Of a DNA stretch of 64,000 nucleotides, positions 23,736 to 37,616 are shown one piece after another (position 1 is the first letter of the stretch; each line of letters begins with the position of its first letter). A model generated the notes under the pieces. It was not told the DNA's origin, made no database searches, and was given only the letters and a program-made list of their open reading frames with translations. The position numbers were made by a program, and so were the translations under genes. Origin of the DNA: Selaginella moellendorffii (Eukaryota; Plantae; Lycopodiophyta). The DNA lies in the NCBI RefSeq assembly GCF_000143415.4, contig NW_003314276.1, positions 1,910,107-1,974,106 of the forward strand. Reading direction: 5' to 3'.

Positions 23736-25901
23736 GAATGTACAACTTAATGTAGTCCTACATAGAGAGAGCAAAAGGAGTCATTAAGAATATTTTCAAA
23801 ATATTTTGGTACACAAAATAATATTTTCCTAATGTTACAAAATAGTAATTTAAATAATATTTAGATATGATTACTAAATATACACTTATTACTATAAAAT
23901 CCATTTGAGTGAACTTTAACAAATGAGATACCAATATCTAATTCTTTCTCAATATTATAAAGCCCTTATATTAAGATATTGTGGTGTATCAAAATTTTAA
24001 GATTTGGATCCATTCCAAAAAGAATCAAATATATAAAATATATATGTTTGTAAGGGATTAAAGACTATGACATATGTATGGGAATTAGTTTATTGTGATG
24101 TTGTAAATCTTTCTATTTATAGTATCAATTCCTTAATTGAGAATTATATACTTGTAATGATAACATTGATGTTTAATGTTGAGACTTTTAACTTTCACCT
24201 TTAACTGTAATACCCTTGAGTATGTTGCCTTTGGCTTATTTTGACCATGCATTTGTAATCTTCACATATTCATTATTTTTAGTTTTTAGAATTTCTTGAG
24301 AAAAGTGCTAATGTTGAGCGTGTTAATATGGTTGTAAAGTGTTCTTTTCAAGTTTAAAGCCTGTTTCAACTAAAGTCTGAAGCTCCAAATTCATTAATTT
24401 CATCCAAATAACAAAATACATGGTATATCTTTTGGTTTTTGTATAATTAATACTACAAAAAGCAACTTTTGTAGGACATAAGCATATGAGCTGATCACAT
24501 TGTCATGGAGTATTGCCATATTGTTTTATCATCTACAAAAAAAATCAGCTAGAGTTTGTAAAGTTTATATAATAATTTACTTACCACATAATATTCCTCC
24601 TATCCAAAAAAAACATTTGATTGTAGAACTTGTTGTAGGTCAATGTATATCTCACTAAATCTTATGAACCTTTTATTCTTAGACTTAGAAGCACCTATAC
24701 TTAAAAGCATTGGTCCTCCTTGTTCTATAGTTATATACTCATGTTGGATGGTGCAAATTTGTCAATTATATAAGCCCACTTACTCATTGTTGGTTTTTTA
24801 CAGTTTCAAAGTTTTCAGTTGGTTTTATTGCAAATTAAATTCCAAGATCATTTAAAGTTGAACCCATCACTGTATGAGGTTGTGACTAAGAGGTTGTATC
24901 AATATCAATAAGCATTCCACCAAATTTTTAGAATTGCATACATTTTCTTACAGCTTGATCTTTCATATAAGAGTGTATGAGCGTCTATTGGATGACCAAG
25001 TCATTCTAGCAAGTTTCATATTAAAATACACATTTAGAGCAACTTGTTTTCGATAGCCATATTATATGGTAGCTTTCAGTAAGATTTGTTGTTAACACTT
25101 GGGTAGCAAGTATTTTAAAACTCTTAACAAGTACATGATTTTAACAAGTACATGATGTGATAGCTGATGTGTATGCTCATGAATGTGTATGCTCATGTGT
25201 ATGCCACATCACATGATAACTTTCAGTAAGATTTGTTACTAATACTTGGGTAGCATGTATTTCAAAACTAATTTACTAAAGAAAGAGAATTAATAAAGAG
25301 ATCAATATGAGTATTTCCTTATTTTGAGAAATAATTATAGTCCTTAAATGTGGAAAACAAGTAAGCAACTAACTAAGTTTATAGTTTTAAAATTGTATTT
25401 TGTATAATCATTACCTTCAACCCAATTTAAGTTGAATACTATGATGAGCACAACTGGTTATACTAAAGTTTAAAAAGTACAAACACTTTAGGAGATGCAA
25501 ACAAGTAGTATAAATTTATATGTTTATAATACATTTCTTTGTATGTTCATGTAAACTCTACACCCAATGGAGAAGGCAACTCCTCTCTCATATGATTAAA
25601 ACCTTATTTATACCACCATTATAAATAATTTTAATACCTCCTTAATTTGTTTGTTCTTTGTTACTGATAAAACCATAAAGCATTAATGGTATTGAAGATT
25701 TTATTCCAACTTGGCATGTGTTGATTAGTAGTGTTCAAAAAAATTTAAAATAACATTTCTCTCAAATAACTATCACTATCAAGGATTATGCTCTATATAA
25801 AAAGATTTTCTAATAAATAGAGCTAGTAAATTGACAAAAATATTCTGATACACTAAAGAATATTCTATTAAGGTTTTAACTGCAATATTTTTATTAAACA
25901 G

Positions 25902-28900
25902 TGTGAGGGCCAAATATATAGTTATGATGCCATATACTAATATTAGCGTAATGGGATTTTGGTAGCTGTTATATTGGTTTCAATCTGGACCACTCACTTC
26001 TATATATAAGCTAGGGTTTTCGAGCTAATTGATATGCACATTTTCTATATTCTCTTTCCATATTCCATGCACTCACATTAGTGAAGGTAAGAGGCATTTT
26101 TGATTGTCTTTGAGGAGTGTTTGGATTTAGGATTTTGGTTTAGATCTAACTTTTGCATTGTCTAGATCTAGCTTTTTCCATTTCCTTTCTTTTGTTCTTT
26201 CCCTTCAGGATTTTGGTTTAGATCTAGCTTTTTGCATTGTCTAAATCTCCATTTTCTTCTAGCTTTTTATCATTCCTCTTCTTTCGCTCTTTCCTTTTCA
26301 TTCATTATAGTAGATAAGCAATCTTCTCCTTTGACTTTGGAGTAACAATTGATACAATTGCTTGATGTTATGCGCTTGCAATTGAACAACCAAACTCAGT
26401 TGATGGTGGTGTTCATGACACATGGTACAATTCCTCCTACTTTTGGTGTCAATCCTCACGTTCGGCCAAAGTTTTTTCACAGGAATCCTAGGGATGATGT
26501 GTACCATTGGTTTGATCACTTCACGATGATTGCCACATATCATTTATAGGATGATGCTTGATGTTTACGTGAGTTTCCCACGTGTCTCCAAAGGACAGTG
26601 TTGCAATGGTACAATGGTTTAAATGCAGCCACTCATAGGGATTGAAGTGTTCTCCCAGACGTCTTCAAACGCACATTTGGACATGCTAATAATTGTGATG
26701 ATGCCTTCCAACAATTGCATCGTCTTTGCCAAGGGTGATGGCAATTTGGTTGGTGATGCAATTTAGTGTTTATTTCCAAAGTTTTTTGCTTCGTGCGGAG
26801 CCAAATATGTCGGAGTAGATCAAGCTAGGAATATTGTGGCCAGCACTTCGTCAAGATCTTGTTGGACTTGTGCATGCACTTGCTCTAGCCACCCTTGATG
26901 ATGCTCTTCATTTGGCATAATATTATACAATGTCACCTCTTCCATTTCTCGTTGTCTATCCTTCTGCTCCCCTTCCTATGGGTGATGGTCCTGTTCCAAT
27001 GGAGGTTGATGCTACTGTTACTCAAGTCCAAGGACAAAGGCGAGGACGTGGTCGTGGTTGTGACATTTGCTATTGGGCATGTGATGAAGTTAAACAAACT
27101 TATCGGCGTTATCGGCATTTTCCGAATTGGCAACTTCCATTTCTTGGGTGGAGACTTTAGCATCAATAACATCCTGTTAGTGCTACTATAGTGGAAGGTC
27201 TAGACACTGAGATGCATCCAGAAAACAAAGAGTTGTGTGAATAATGGAAGGACCTTGCGCAAATAAGTTAGTAACCCCTCCATCTTTCTTTCGAGAGTAT
27301 CATCAAGGGGTTCACTTGGCACCGGTTCATCCAGTGTTTACTTTCCAAGCTCGTTTTTATAACAAGAGGTCTTCTATTATTCTCTCCATGTTGGTTGATG
27401 GTTCGAGTTTATCTTCTATTGCTCAACCTGTTGCCACACATTGCCATCTACACTTGCATCGTGCAGCAGAATCAATTTTCATTCTTTATGGCAACGGCCA
27501 TACACATACATGTGCATAGGATGAGGTGGACCTGGTTGTGCATATGGACAATCTTGAGTTTGAGTTGTAATCATTGCGGGTGGTGCCAAGTCAAGCTCTT
27601 GACCTCATCCTTGGTATAGATTGGTCATGCCAAGTGTGACTTTGAGGCTTTTCCTTCTTATCTCATACTTCTTTATGTTTCATCCATTCTTTTTACTTCT
27701 ATACATCTTCGTCCCTTTACTTTTACCTTTGCTTCCATTACTTTTGTCCTCCCACTATTTCCTCCTATGTTTCCGTCTTGTTTTGCTCTTCCCTTTTCCA
27801 ATCCCTTCGACAATTTTTGTATTGCAGTAGTTGACCGGCTCATGAAGGAGTATTTTGATCTCTTTGACTTTGACCTATCAAGATTACCACACATCATTCG
27901 ATTCCAACTAGGGATGCTCGTCCAATCAAGGTTCCTGTTCGTCATCGGTCACCCAAAGAAATCAAGATTTTATTAAGGAGATGTTAAAGAAGGGTGTTAT
28001 TCGGAAGTCGCAGAGTCTTTAGGCATATGAACCTTATTTTGTGATGAAGCCTGATGAGAGTATTTGTTTTTGCATCAACTATTGTCCATTAAACGATGTG
28101 ACAATCTTAGATATGTACCCTTTTCCTCACACTACTGATTTTTTGGATCGTTTGGGGTGAAGTCATTGGTTCACTAAGTTAAATCTTACTTCTGGATACT
28201 GGCAAGTATTGATGGCTGAAGAATATATTTCTAAGACTACTTTTTGTATGCCATTTGGTTTGTATGAGTTCTTGGTGATGCCGTTTGGTTTGAAAAATGC
28301 TTCAGCAACTTTCCAGCGGATGATGGATGAGGTTCTTTGTGATATGCTAGAGGTGATTGCTGACTTCAATGATGATGTCTTGATCCACTTAGAGGGGACG
28401 TTAGAGGAGCACGTTTGTGATGTTTGTAAAGTGTTAGATCAGCTACGGGACATTGGTTTAAAGCTGAAGCGGTCGAAGTGTGTGTTTAGGTCCAAGGACA
28501 CAATTTATTTTGAGTACCATATTTCTTGTAAGGGTTTGCAAGTTGATTTTAACAAACTTGTGGCTATTTTAAAGTTCCCTACTCCGAAGTGTGTAAATAA
28601 TGTGTAGCGCTTCTTGAGCAAGGTGTAGTATCTCGGTCGCTTTGTAGATCATCTTTCTGATCGCACTGCACTGTTGCGAGCATTGCTGAAGTTATTAACA
28701 TCATCTTTCATCTGGTCTTCGGATTGTGAGTAGGCATTCGTGGATCTCAAAGAGCTATTGACAACTCCTTTGGTTTTGACATATCCTGACTACACTCAAC
28801 CTTTTATTTTGCGCATGGATGCTTCTGACATTGGTCTTAAAGGTGTGTTGATGCAACAAAGCCTGAGTGTGCCTGATCAGCACCATCCCATTGCGTATAT

Positions 28901-29586
28901 AAGCCGTACATTACAACGAATGGAGATGAACTACTCCACGACAGAGAAGGAGTGTTTAGCAATAGTCTGTGGTTTCAAGAAACTTTATACATATCTACAT
29001 AGTTCTCGGACATTACTTGAAGGTGACCATACTACCGTTACTTCATTATTGAAGCGGAAGAACCTAGTTGGTCGTACTGCTCGGTGGACTTTGAAGTTTT
29101 AGATATATGATTTTGATGTTGTTCATCACCTAGGGAGTTTTATGGTTGATGTCGATGCCCTTTCTCAAGCTCCTCTTCCTTTTCCACTCTCTTCTTATGT
29201 TTCTAATGAGCCTGTTTTAGCATCTGTGGATTTTCTAGACAAGGATTTTGTGCCGTTGGTGGTTGTTGTACTTGATGTTTAGTGTCCATAAGGCGTAGAG
29301 CAAAATCTACCTTCTCTTGATGAAGTTCGTAAGGCTCAAAAGATTAAGCTATGGATTTGAAGGCTTCGAGATAGGTTTGAGAATTTTACATCACTTGTTG
29401 ATGACTTGCCTTTCTAGCATTTACATTCTCAATATCGCCTTAAAAATGGCCTTCTTTATTTTGTAGGGACGGATCCTAATGATCATTTACGATTGGTGAT
29501 GCCTTCTGTCTTTATTCCGCAGTTTATCCATGCCTACCATGATTCTCTTATTCTAAGTGGGCATATGGGACATCGTCGTGTAACTG
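25902..29586 (+). mobile_element. Decayed Ty3/gypsy element, 3'-truncated within the integrase zinc finger
   Basis: 176-bp LTR TGTGAG...CTCACA (25902-26077); gag remnants ~26400-27230; RT MPFGLKNASATFQR..FNDD; RH DASDIG..TEKECLAI; HDSLILSGHMGH then abrupt junction; many stops. Confidence 0.9.
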
Positions 29587-29689
29587 TAAGCCAAATACCT
29601 CCTTGTGAAGGCAAAATTGAAGCTTGTCAGTTTCATGAAAAGCTGTGAAGGCTTTGGAGCTTATCTCCTTACACATGGTAAGTATCTAT

Positions 29690-30490
29690 TCTTGCAGGCG
29701 CTCAAATCTCAACTTCAATGAGAAGAAGCAGTGCAGGGCATAGTGGCCAAATAAGTTTCTCCAGAGTCAAGAGCATCATAAGCCGGGAATCAAGCAAGTG
29801 CAATTGTGAAAATATGGTCGAAGTTGTCACTGCGGCTTGCAACATAGGTTGTTCAACAGGATGGGATGAAGAACAGGATAGGTTGGTCTACCTCGCAAAT
29901 TAACCCAATGCATTTGTCGCAAGCAGCCTCGTGGACATGTGGAAGCATCATAAGTGTTCAGGAGGACAAAGAAACACGACATTGGTTGCCTGGAACACGA
30001 TCATCATGGGACATGCACGTCTTCTATCAGATGCAACGAGAAGCTGGCCTGCCTCCAAACGCTGAGACTTTGCATGGAGCAGCAAAACGTCATTTCCTGG
30101 GATTTGCCAAGAACAACCTTTGCTCTTGAGTGCTATGAGCAAGCCGCAGCCAAACGCTCAGACTTTCATGGTGGCGCTCAAGGCACGCGGCGACTTAGCA
30201 AAGAAGAGGCTCCACTCGCAGATTTGGGAGAGAAATCTGGAGGGAATCCACTACTCACCGTGGTCACTCAATGAGAGAAAAGCTTTTCTTGGGAGGTCGG
30301 TAAACTTTGCAAGGAAAGAGTGTCATGCAAGGTTGATGGAGCCATCAATCAAAGATGGTACTTGAAAAGACGCGAAAGGATCTTAGCTGGCACACCTTGG
30401 TGAAGAGATAAAAAATATGAGAGACAATACTTATCTCTTAATTAATTTGCTGTAGTATCATTCATTGAGTAATTTAGTTATAAACTTATT
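29690..30490. repeat. Direct repeat of 42693-43497 (PPR-fragment module)
   Basis: Colinear near-identity ending at TAGTTATAAACTTATTT in both copies. Confidence 0.9.
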
Positions 30491-31307
30491 TAAGATTAAT
30501 ATTATAGTAGAATAAACAATAAATTGCTGTGCGTTGCATTGCAGCAACGCTTGGTTTGCTTTTGTTTTTAAATATTTTTTATTATGATATATAATTTGTT
30601 ATGATCTGTCCAATATGCAGGTGCTATTCCTGCTTTTGTATATATCATATCTTTTATTCATATATGATCTATTAATTTATTATTACGTGTATTGTGTTTT
30701 ATTATTTGTATATATCCTTCTTTCTCCATTATTGTTTGAAGTGGTTTTACTTCTTCTATTTGGTAGTCAATATTAAAATCTCCTGTAATTATTACTGGTT
30801 TTTTATTATCTATTTTCTGTATATATTTTTGTAGTTGTTTTATGAATATATGTATATTTGTTCCAGGTTTTCTATGTAAATTTATTATCTGTAATTTTTT
30901 TATTTTTTTGTCTAGTGATACATATGACATTGCCATTGTTTCTGTTTTTAAATGTTCTACTATTTCTGATTTGTAGTCATTTGTATGCAATATTGCTATA
31001 TGTGAGGGTTGTTCATGTATATATGATTTATATTTATTAAAATTTAAATCCTCATATTTTTGTGTTCTTACTTCTTGCATACATATTATATCTGATGTTA
31101 ATAATTGTGAATCATCTTTATATCTTCTTGATGTGCAGTAATAGATCTTCTATAATTGTTTGGTTAGCTTTTTTTTCTTCTTTTAAATCCATTAAATCAA
31201 TTTGCCATGGTGCTTCTGTTGTCATTCTTATTAAGAGCACAAACACTAAAAGGGATACATTTATATAGACCAATTGAACATAAACATATTAAAATCAATA
31301 AAGATGC

Positions 31308-31562
31308 NNNNNNNNNNNNNNNNNNNNNNNNNNNNNNNNNNNNNNNNNNNNNNNNNNNNNNNNNNNNNNNNNNNNNNNNNNNNNNNNNNNNNNNNNNNNN
31401 NNNNNNNNNNNNNNNNNNNNNNNNNNNNNNNNNNNNNNNNNNNNNNNNNNNNNNNNNNNNNNNNNNNNNNNNNNNNNNNNNNNNNNNNNNNNNNNNNNNN
31501 NNNNNNNNNNNNNNNNNNNNNNNNNNNNNNNNNNNNNNNNNNNNNNNNNNNNNNNNNNNNNN
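31308..31562. other. Assembly gap (255 N)
   Basis: Run of N. Confidence 1.
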
Positions 31563-33491
31563 GGGTCATATCCTAATTGCATAACTATTGATCCTTGTGC
31601 TCTATGTATTGTTCTTGCTGCACATGGTTGTACTGAAAATTGGGTTCTACTTATAACATAGTTTTTATTTTTAGTAATATTTATTGTTCTTGTTATTTTT
31701 TTTATTGGTGTCCAGTTTTTTTTATTATTTTGCTTTATTGTTATGTTTTCTTTAGCTCTTGTTTTTTCACCTGTTTTTACATTTGGGAATTCTATCCACA
31801 TTATTTGTTATTCTTCAATTTGGGTTACATCTTGTAATATTCCATCTGCTCCATTTACTAATCCATCTTCTGTTGCTATATTTTGTGTTATTTAAATTGC
31901 CATTTTCTTTTTTAAATGTAATATTTTATGTAGTCCTTGTGTTTTTCTTCTGTCATCTAGCAGTGTGAAATGTGTAGGACAAAAATTTCCATGTTTGTCT
32001 TGTGCTTCTATAATTATATCTTTACCTTGTATGTGTTGTATTATTTTTTCATTATGTTCTCTTACTTGTTCATTAGTTGCAAATATAGAATAGTATTCTG
32101 TGTTATATGTAACTGTGGTGACTTATTTATTTATATATTCTAGCTCTTTATCTGTTTGTTCTCCTATTTTTATTTTATTTAAAGCTTTTATAAAGATTAT
32201 ATCATCTTTTTGCCTCATTATTTCAGTAAGTTCATAGATTTTAAAATTATTTTTCCATGAGTGGTGTATGGAGACATCATTTTCAGGTCTATATGTTCTT
32301 GTTGAATAAAATGTTGCTTCAAATGTAAGATTTAATTGATAGAAATCACCTGTAAATATACAATCCATCCCATCAAAGTCTATTCCATATGTTATTTTGA
32401 AGCTTTCACATCTTCTATTTATATCTTGTAGCATTTCTATACTTACCATTGATATTTCATCTATTACTAAACATTTTATTGTTGAAAACTTTCTTTTATA
32501 TTTATCTAATGTGTCATTTGTTAATATCGTTTGACGTTGTTTTGATGCTTCTGGTCGAAATGCAAAAGCTGAATGTATTGTTGAACCATTTATATTACAA
32601 GCTTCTTTTCTTGTAGGTGCTGTTATTAATATTGTTTGTCCTGGTTCATTATTTATATCTTGGTTTGTTTTATAATATCGTTTGAGTGTTTCTATAAGTG
32701 TATTTAAAAGCATTGATTTTCCAGTTCCTACTCCTCCTGTTAAAAATAAGCACAATTGTTTGTTAGGTTGTTTTATTTTTTTCAATATGAAGTCATCATA
32801 TATTATTCTTTTCTTTTTATTAAGAGTTCTTAATAATTGGTGATATTTACTAGTTTCCATAAGGTATTCATCTTGTATTATAATTGTCGTATTGTTAATA
32901 TTTTATCTTTTATATTTAAATTAAAGATTTTGTTAATTTTCATTTTGAATAAATCTTTCTCTATATCAAAGTCATTTGTTTGGTTTATATTTATTTCTTG
33001 TATATACTGTGCTTGTTCTTTTAATATTTTATTTGCTTCTTGTTCTGGATTCTCCCAATCAAATTCACTCTCATTTGTTACATTTTTATATATGTATTGA
33101 TGTTTTTTTTCATTTATTTGTTCCATATTTGCTTCATATGCATTCATATATGCTGTGTACATTTATTTAATATCTTCTTCTTTTCTAATTTTTTTATGTA
33201 AGATTAATCTTTCAAAAGCCCAATTTTCTAGATCTTTTTCTTTACTAAAGTTTATATATCTAATTTTTTAATTTTTTTTATGTTTTCGTGTTGTTACTTC
33301 TTTTTCAATTATATATTCAGTTGTTATCTCTGCTAATGTTAAATCTTCTAATGCTTCTGGTCTTTGCATGTATTTTTCAATTAGTCCAGGTACTGCTATG
33401 TCTGTTTCATCTTTTTGCATTTTTGCAAGGTCTTGTTTCATTTGTTATTGTCGATCTTATTGTAACTTATATTTGCTTATATGTTATTCCT

Positions 33492-33653
33492 TGTAACGCA
33501 TGTAATCATGGGATGAGATTTGGATATACTATCACCATAGATCCTTGAAACTTTAAGGGATAAATGAGGATAAAATCTCCACTAAGGGCTCTTTCATCAA
33601 GCAATTGCCCCTTTTCTAGTTAGTTTAAGGGGAGAGAGATAAGGTGTGCTACA
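33492..33653. mobile_element. 162-bp solo LTR / TRIM-like terminal repeat, copy 2, nested in the Helentron
   Basis: TGTAA...CTACA ends, 5-bp TSD TTCCT; homologous to 8447-8608. Confidence 0.85.
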
Positions 33654-33811
33654 TTCCTATTATTTTTAAATATTCATCAAACTCTAAATTTTTTAGATCT
33701 ATAGTTTTATCTTCTAGTATTGTTTTTATTTTTTTGTAAATTATTGTATATGAATCCTTTTCATGTTTTGTAATGTCTTTTATAAGCTCTAAGATTTCTG
33801 TTTGTTTAGTA

Positions 33812-36800
33812 GATGAGAAACAACTAACATATGAACATTACAAATACTTGGTTAAAGGAAGCAAAAACAACATACTCAAAGGCATTATAGTTGAAAGTAA
33901 AAAATAACCATCAAGTAGGAATACCATCATTACGAGTATATAATTCTCAGGTATGGAAGTGATATTATAAATGGGAAGCTTTACCACATTACAATCAACC
34001 AATTCCCAAGTTGCAATTACATATAATTCTTTAAATGTTAAAATTCTGAAATCTTTCATCCTTTGCATAGGATGGATCCAAATGTTAACGTTTGGATTCA
34101 TCATAATGTCTGAACATGAGGTGAAAAAAATAGATATTGGTATTGTATTTGAAACTAAAATAAACTTTATCTATAAATTACACTGAAAACAATATAGGGC
34201 ATTTCTTATAATTACACTCAAAGAGAGAGTTAATTCTTCAATAGAAGAAAAACGTGCAACCATTACGAAACTTAAATGTATCAACGACCTTGTCTAGATC
34301 AGCTGAAAGAAACTTGCCAAGCATCAACAAGACAAAAGATAACTCCCTATCACGAAATCAAAAAAGATTTAAAGAACTTGAATCATAGTTACAAAGTTGT
34401 ACATTTGTACAGGACAGAATGTAACATTTAATTTACTTGGAGAAGCTTGAGTCCCAAGTTTTCAAGTTAAGTTTAAGTGACCAAACACCATAGATATATA
34501 ATTTCCTGTATAAATAACCATTTGTGAAATATGATCCAGAGCATGATTGTCTCTGATATTTTTATCTTTTGACCATGGTATGCCTCCTAAGATCCTTTCG
34601 CCTGTATTCACATACCATCTTTGTTTGGGTCAAACAAAGATGGCTCCGTCAATCTTGCATTACACTCTTTCTCCATTTTCCTCACAAAGTTTACCAACAA
34701 GCTCCCAAGATGAGCAACACCTCCTAATACCCTCTCCACAATAAAATTGTATGTCCATTCCCATCCCTGAAATAACATGTCATTGATGAAAAAGTTAAAG
34801 AACAAGATACTTACCATGTGTAAGGAGATAAGCTCCAGAGCCTTCACAGCTTTTCATGAAACTGACAAGCTTCAGTTTCACCTTCACAAGGAGGTATTTG
34901 GCTTACGTGATGCTTAAGCCAAGATGGTCGAGCTAGTTAGAAGTCCCTGACTTCAAGCTGTTTTAGCTATAAGATGAAACAAAAAAGCTATGAACTAAAA
35001 ACTATAGTCCCTATGAACATCATGCTTCATAAGGCACTCTCCAGGTACTTCAAATGAGTAGTGCAAGAGGAAGTGCCAGAGTAATACTGAACTTGGGGCG
35101 GAAAACTTCTTGAGAGGCAGCCACGTCTCCACACTTCCTATAGAATGTGATGAGTGAGCACGCAAGTAGTGGATTCCGTCCAGATTTCTCTTCCAGATCT
35201 GCGAGTGGAGCCTCTTTGCCTAAGTCGCCCCGTGCCTTGAGCGCCACCGTGAAAGTCTGAGCGTTGGGCTGCCGGCTTGCTCATAGCACTCGAGAGCAAA
35301 GGTTGTTCTCGGTGTATCCCAGGAAACGATGTTTTGCTGCTCCATGCACAGCTTCTCATTGCATCCGATAGAAGAAGTGCATGTCCCGTGATGATCGTGT
35401 TCCAGGCATGTTTTTTCGTCCTCCTGAACACTTCTGACGCTTCCACATGTCCACGAGGCTGCTTGCGACAAATGCATCGGCTTCGTATTCACAATTTGTG
35501 AGGCGAGAGTGTTGCTTTCCAGGATAGGTAGACCAACCTATCCTGTTCTTTGTCCCATCCTGTCGAACAACCTGTGTTGCAAGCCGCAATGTAGACTTCG
35601 ACCATGCTTTCACAATTGCACTTGCTTGATTCCTGGCTTATGATGCTCTTGACTCTGGAGAAACTTATCTGGCCACTATGCCCTGTACTGCTTCTTCTCT
35701 CGAAGTTGAGATTTGAGCGCCTGCAAGAATAGAGAGCAAAAGTAGTACGTTACATTTTCTCAAACCTTTCGTCTCGAGCAACCTCTCTGGCCTTTGGAGG
35801 TGCACCAACGTCTGCTCCCTTGTCACCTCTAGAGGATAGCTCGTAAATCCTTCATCAAATCGAAACTTGGTAGGTTCTTGCTCTACCTTCCAATCCATGT
35901 TCCGAGCCAGTTGTGTCATAACGTCCAAGTCTGGCGACTTCCACCAGTCAACCCTTGTATGTAATCTCTGGGTGAGGTCACCGTCAGTGAGCAAGAGCCT
36001 ACTGTCTTCTTGCTCTGCAACTTCATCTCCTTGAAGATTGATTCTACACAATCTTCCCTGTGACAACACATGCACTGTGCTGACTTACGTGTCACTGCCA
36101 GTGTTGGCAAGACACTTTGCGGAAAATTCCAGTGTACCATTGCTGTGGGAACTACGAGTGTGAGCATCCAGCTGTTTCTTCTCCGTCGGAGAATCGTCCA
36201 CCACAACTTCCAGATGATCCGTCACTTCGATCTGCCACCCGGGCTCCTGAAAGATCGCATTCCTGCGCTGCTTCCTTTGAGATCACATGCATCGCTCAAT
36301 CACCAAATGCTCTCCACAGTATAGGTATGATATTTCAAAAAGAAAAATGGATATCTTGCCAATCCTAATGTCCTACTTGCAGTGACACGCCACTTTGCAT
36401 ACTTTGAATAACGAAACTCTTTTTTTTTCTCGTTTTTCAACTTAGCACTCATTGAATGGGATCATGGAGACACAAGCCATCAGCGTGCACAAACTACTTC
36501 CTCTACAGAAAACTGGGGAAAAGAAACACGAGATAAATATCTATCCATTGCTGTTTTGATAGTCTCACGGTGCCCAACCGAAAGCATGAGACTGATAGAT
36601 GCAAAAATGCAAGTTGGATTATCTTTGTCATGTAGATGGCATCCTTGTTGTCTTCACGCTCCTGCCTACCAGTCTTCTTTTTCTCGGCCGGTGGAGGTCT
36701 CTTATTATGGCTGCCTCTATTGCAGACACAACATATCAAAGTAGTTTCCATAGTGTCAGAGGCAAAAGCAAAAGAATTAACCCATCTGAGTACTGGAGTA

Positions 36801-37190
36801 AAAGCCAGTTTGTCATAGACGGTAGAGCAGCAATCCAGTGACCCAACAGTGGAGGGAACTGGCACCATCCGGTTTTACTTCTTCATCGTGGATCCCTAGC
36901 TCCTCAAGTGGTCAACCATAGTCAACACCAGTAAAATCGGTCAAAATGCTTGGAATGATTGAAAATAGTTGGAGATGCCAGGTATCGATCCCGGTGCCTC
37001 TCGCATGCTAAGTGAGCACTCTACCATCTGAACTACATCCCCTTAGCATAGAAACAAAAATGCAAAACTTTTCTCTTCACCATTCTAGTACTCATCCTTG
37101 GAGATTCCAGTGTCTTTTTTGTCGCATTTCAAGAGTTTTTTGATTGATTCTAGAGCTCTAGCTATGGAGGAAAGTACTCCAGTTCTGCTG
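33812..37190. repeat. ~3.4-kb direct repeat of ~46996-50355
   Basis: Colinear, highly similar; the ORF track gives near-duplicate peptides. Confidence 0.95.
36970..37042 (-). tRNA. tRNA-Ala(AGC), mutated duplicate (probable pseudogene)
   Basis: GGGGATGTAGTTCAGATGGTAGAGTGCTCACTTAGCATGCGAGAGGCACCGGGATCGATACCTGGCATCTCCA; stem substitutions relative to the 50165 copy. Confidence 0.8.
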
Positions 37191-37616
37191 TGTAGTGTTA
37201 GTTATCCAAAACCAAAAGATATACCATGTATTTGGTTAGTTGGGTAAAATTGATGTATTTGGAGTTTTAAACTTTAGATGAAACAAGTTTTAAATTTGAA
37301 AAGAACACTTTACAACAATAACAATAAGGTAAACATTAGCAGTTTCTCAAGAAATTCTAAAAATGAGAAAAAATAAATATGTGAAAATTATAAATGCATA
37401 ATCAAATGAAGCAAAGGCAACATACTCAAAGGCATTATAGTTAAAGGCAAAAGTTAAAAGTCTTAACATTAAACAACAATACCATCATTACAAGTATATA
37501 ATTCTCAATTATGGAATTGATACTATAAATAAGAAGATTTACAACATCACAATAAACTAATTCCTATACATATACTTCTTGCATTTGGTGAGTCTTTAAT
37601 CCCTTATAAAAAGTAT

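Larger units (their letters stand above)
21188..23760. repeat. Left arm of a large inverted duplication (partner 40328-43261)
   Basis: Near-identical reverse complement including PPR fragment, His-rich ORF and ORC6 3' fragment. Confidence 0.95.
30520..33810 (-). mobile_element. Helitron-like element of Helentron type (PIF1 helicase + C-terminal EEP/AP endonuclease), decayed and 5'-truncated
   Basis: FLTGGVGTGKS, GSTIHSAF, IDEISM, FTGDFYQL, ELTEIMRQKDD, RTQFSVQPCAARTIHRAQG; then ICMQEV...VIITGDFNID...LIDHI; hairpin GCGTTGC-n6-GCAACGC at ~30531-30550. Confidence 0.88.

Noticed and set aside
31207-31801. ORFs spanning poly-X
   Set aside because: Artefacts of the N gap; only the helicase motif part (31563-31801) is real
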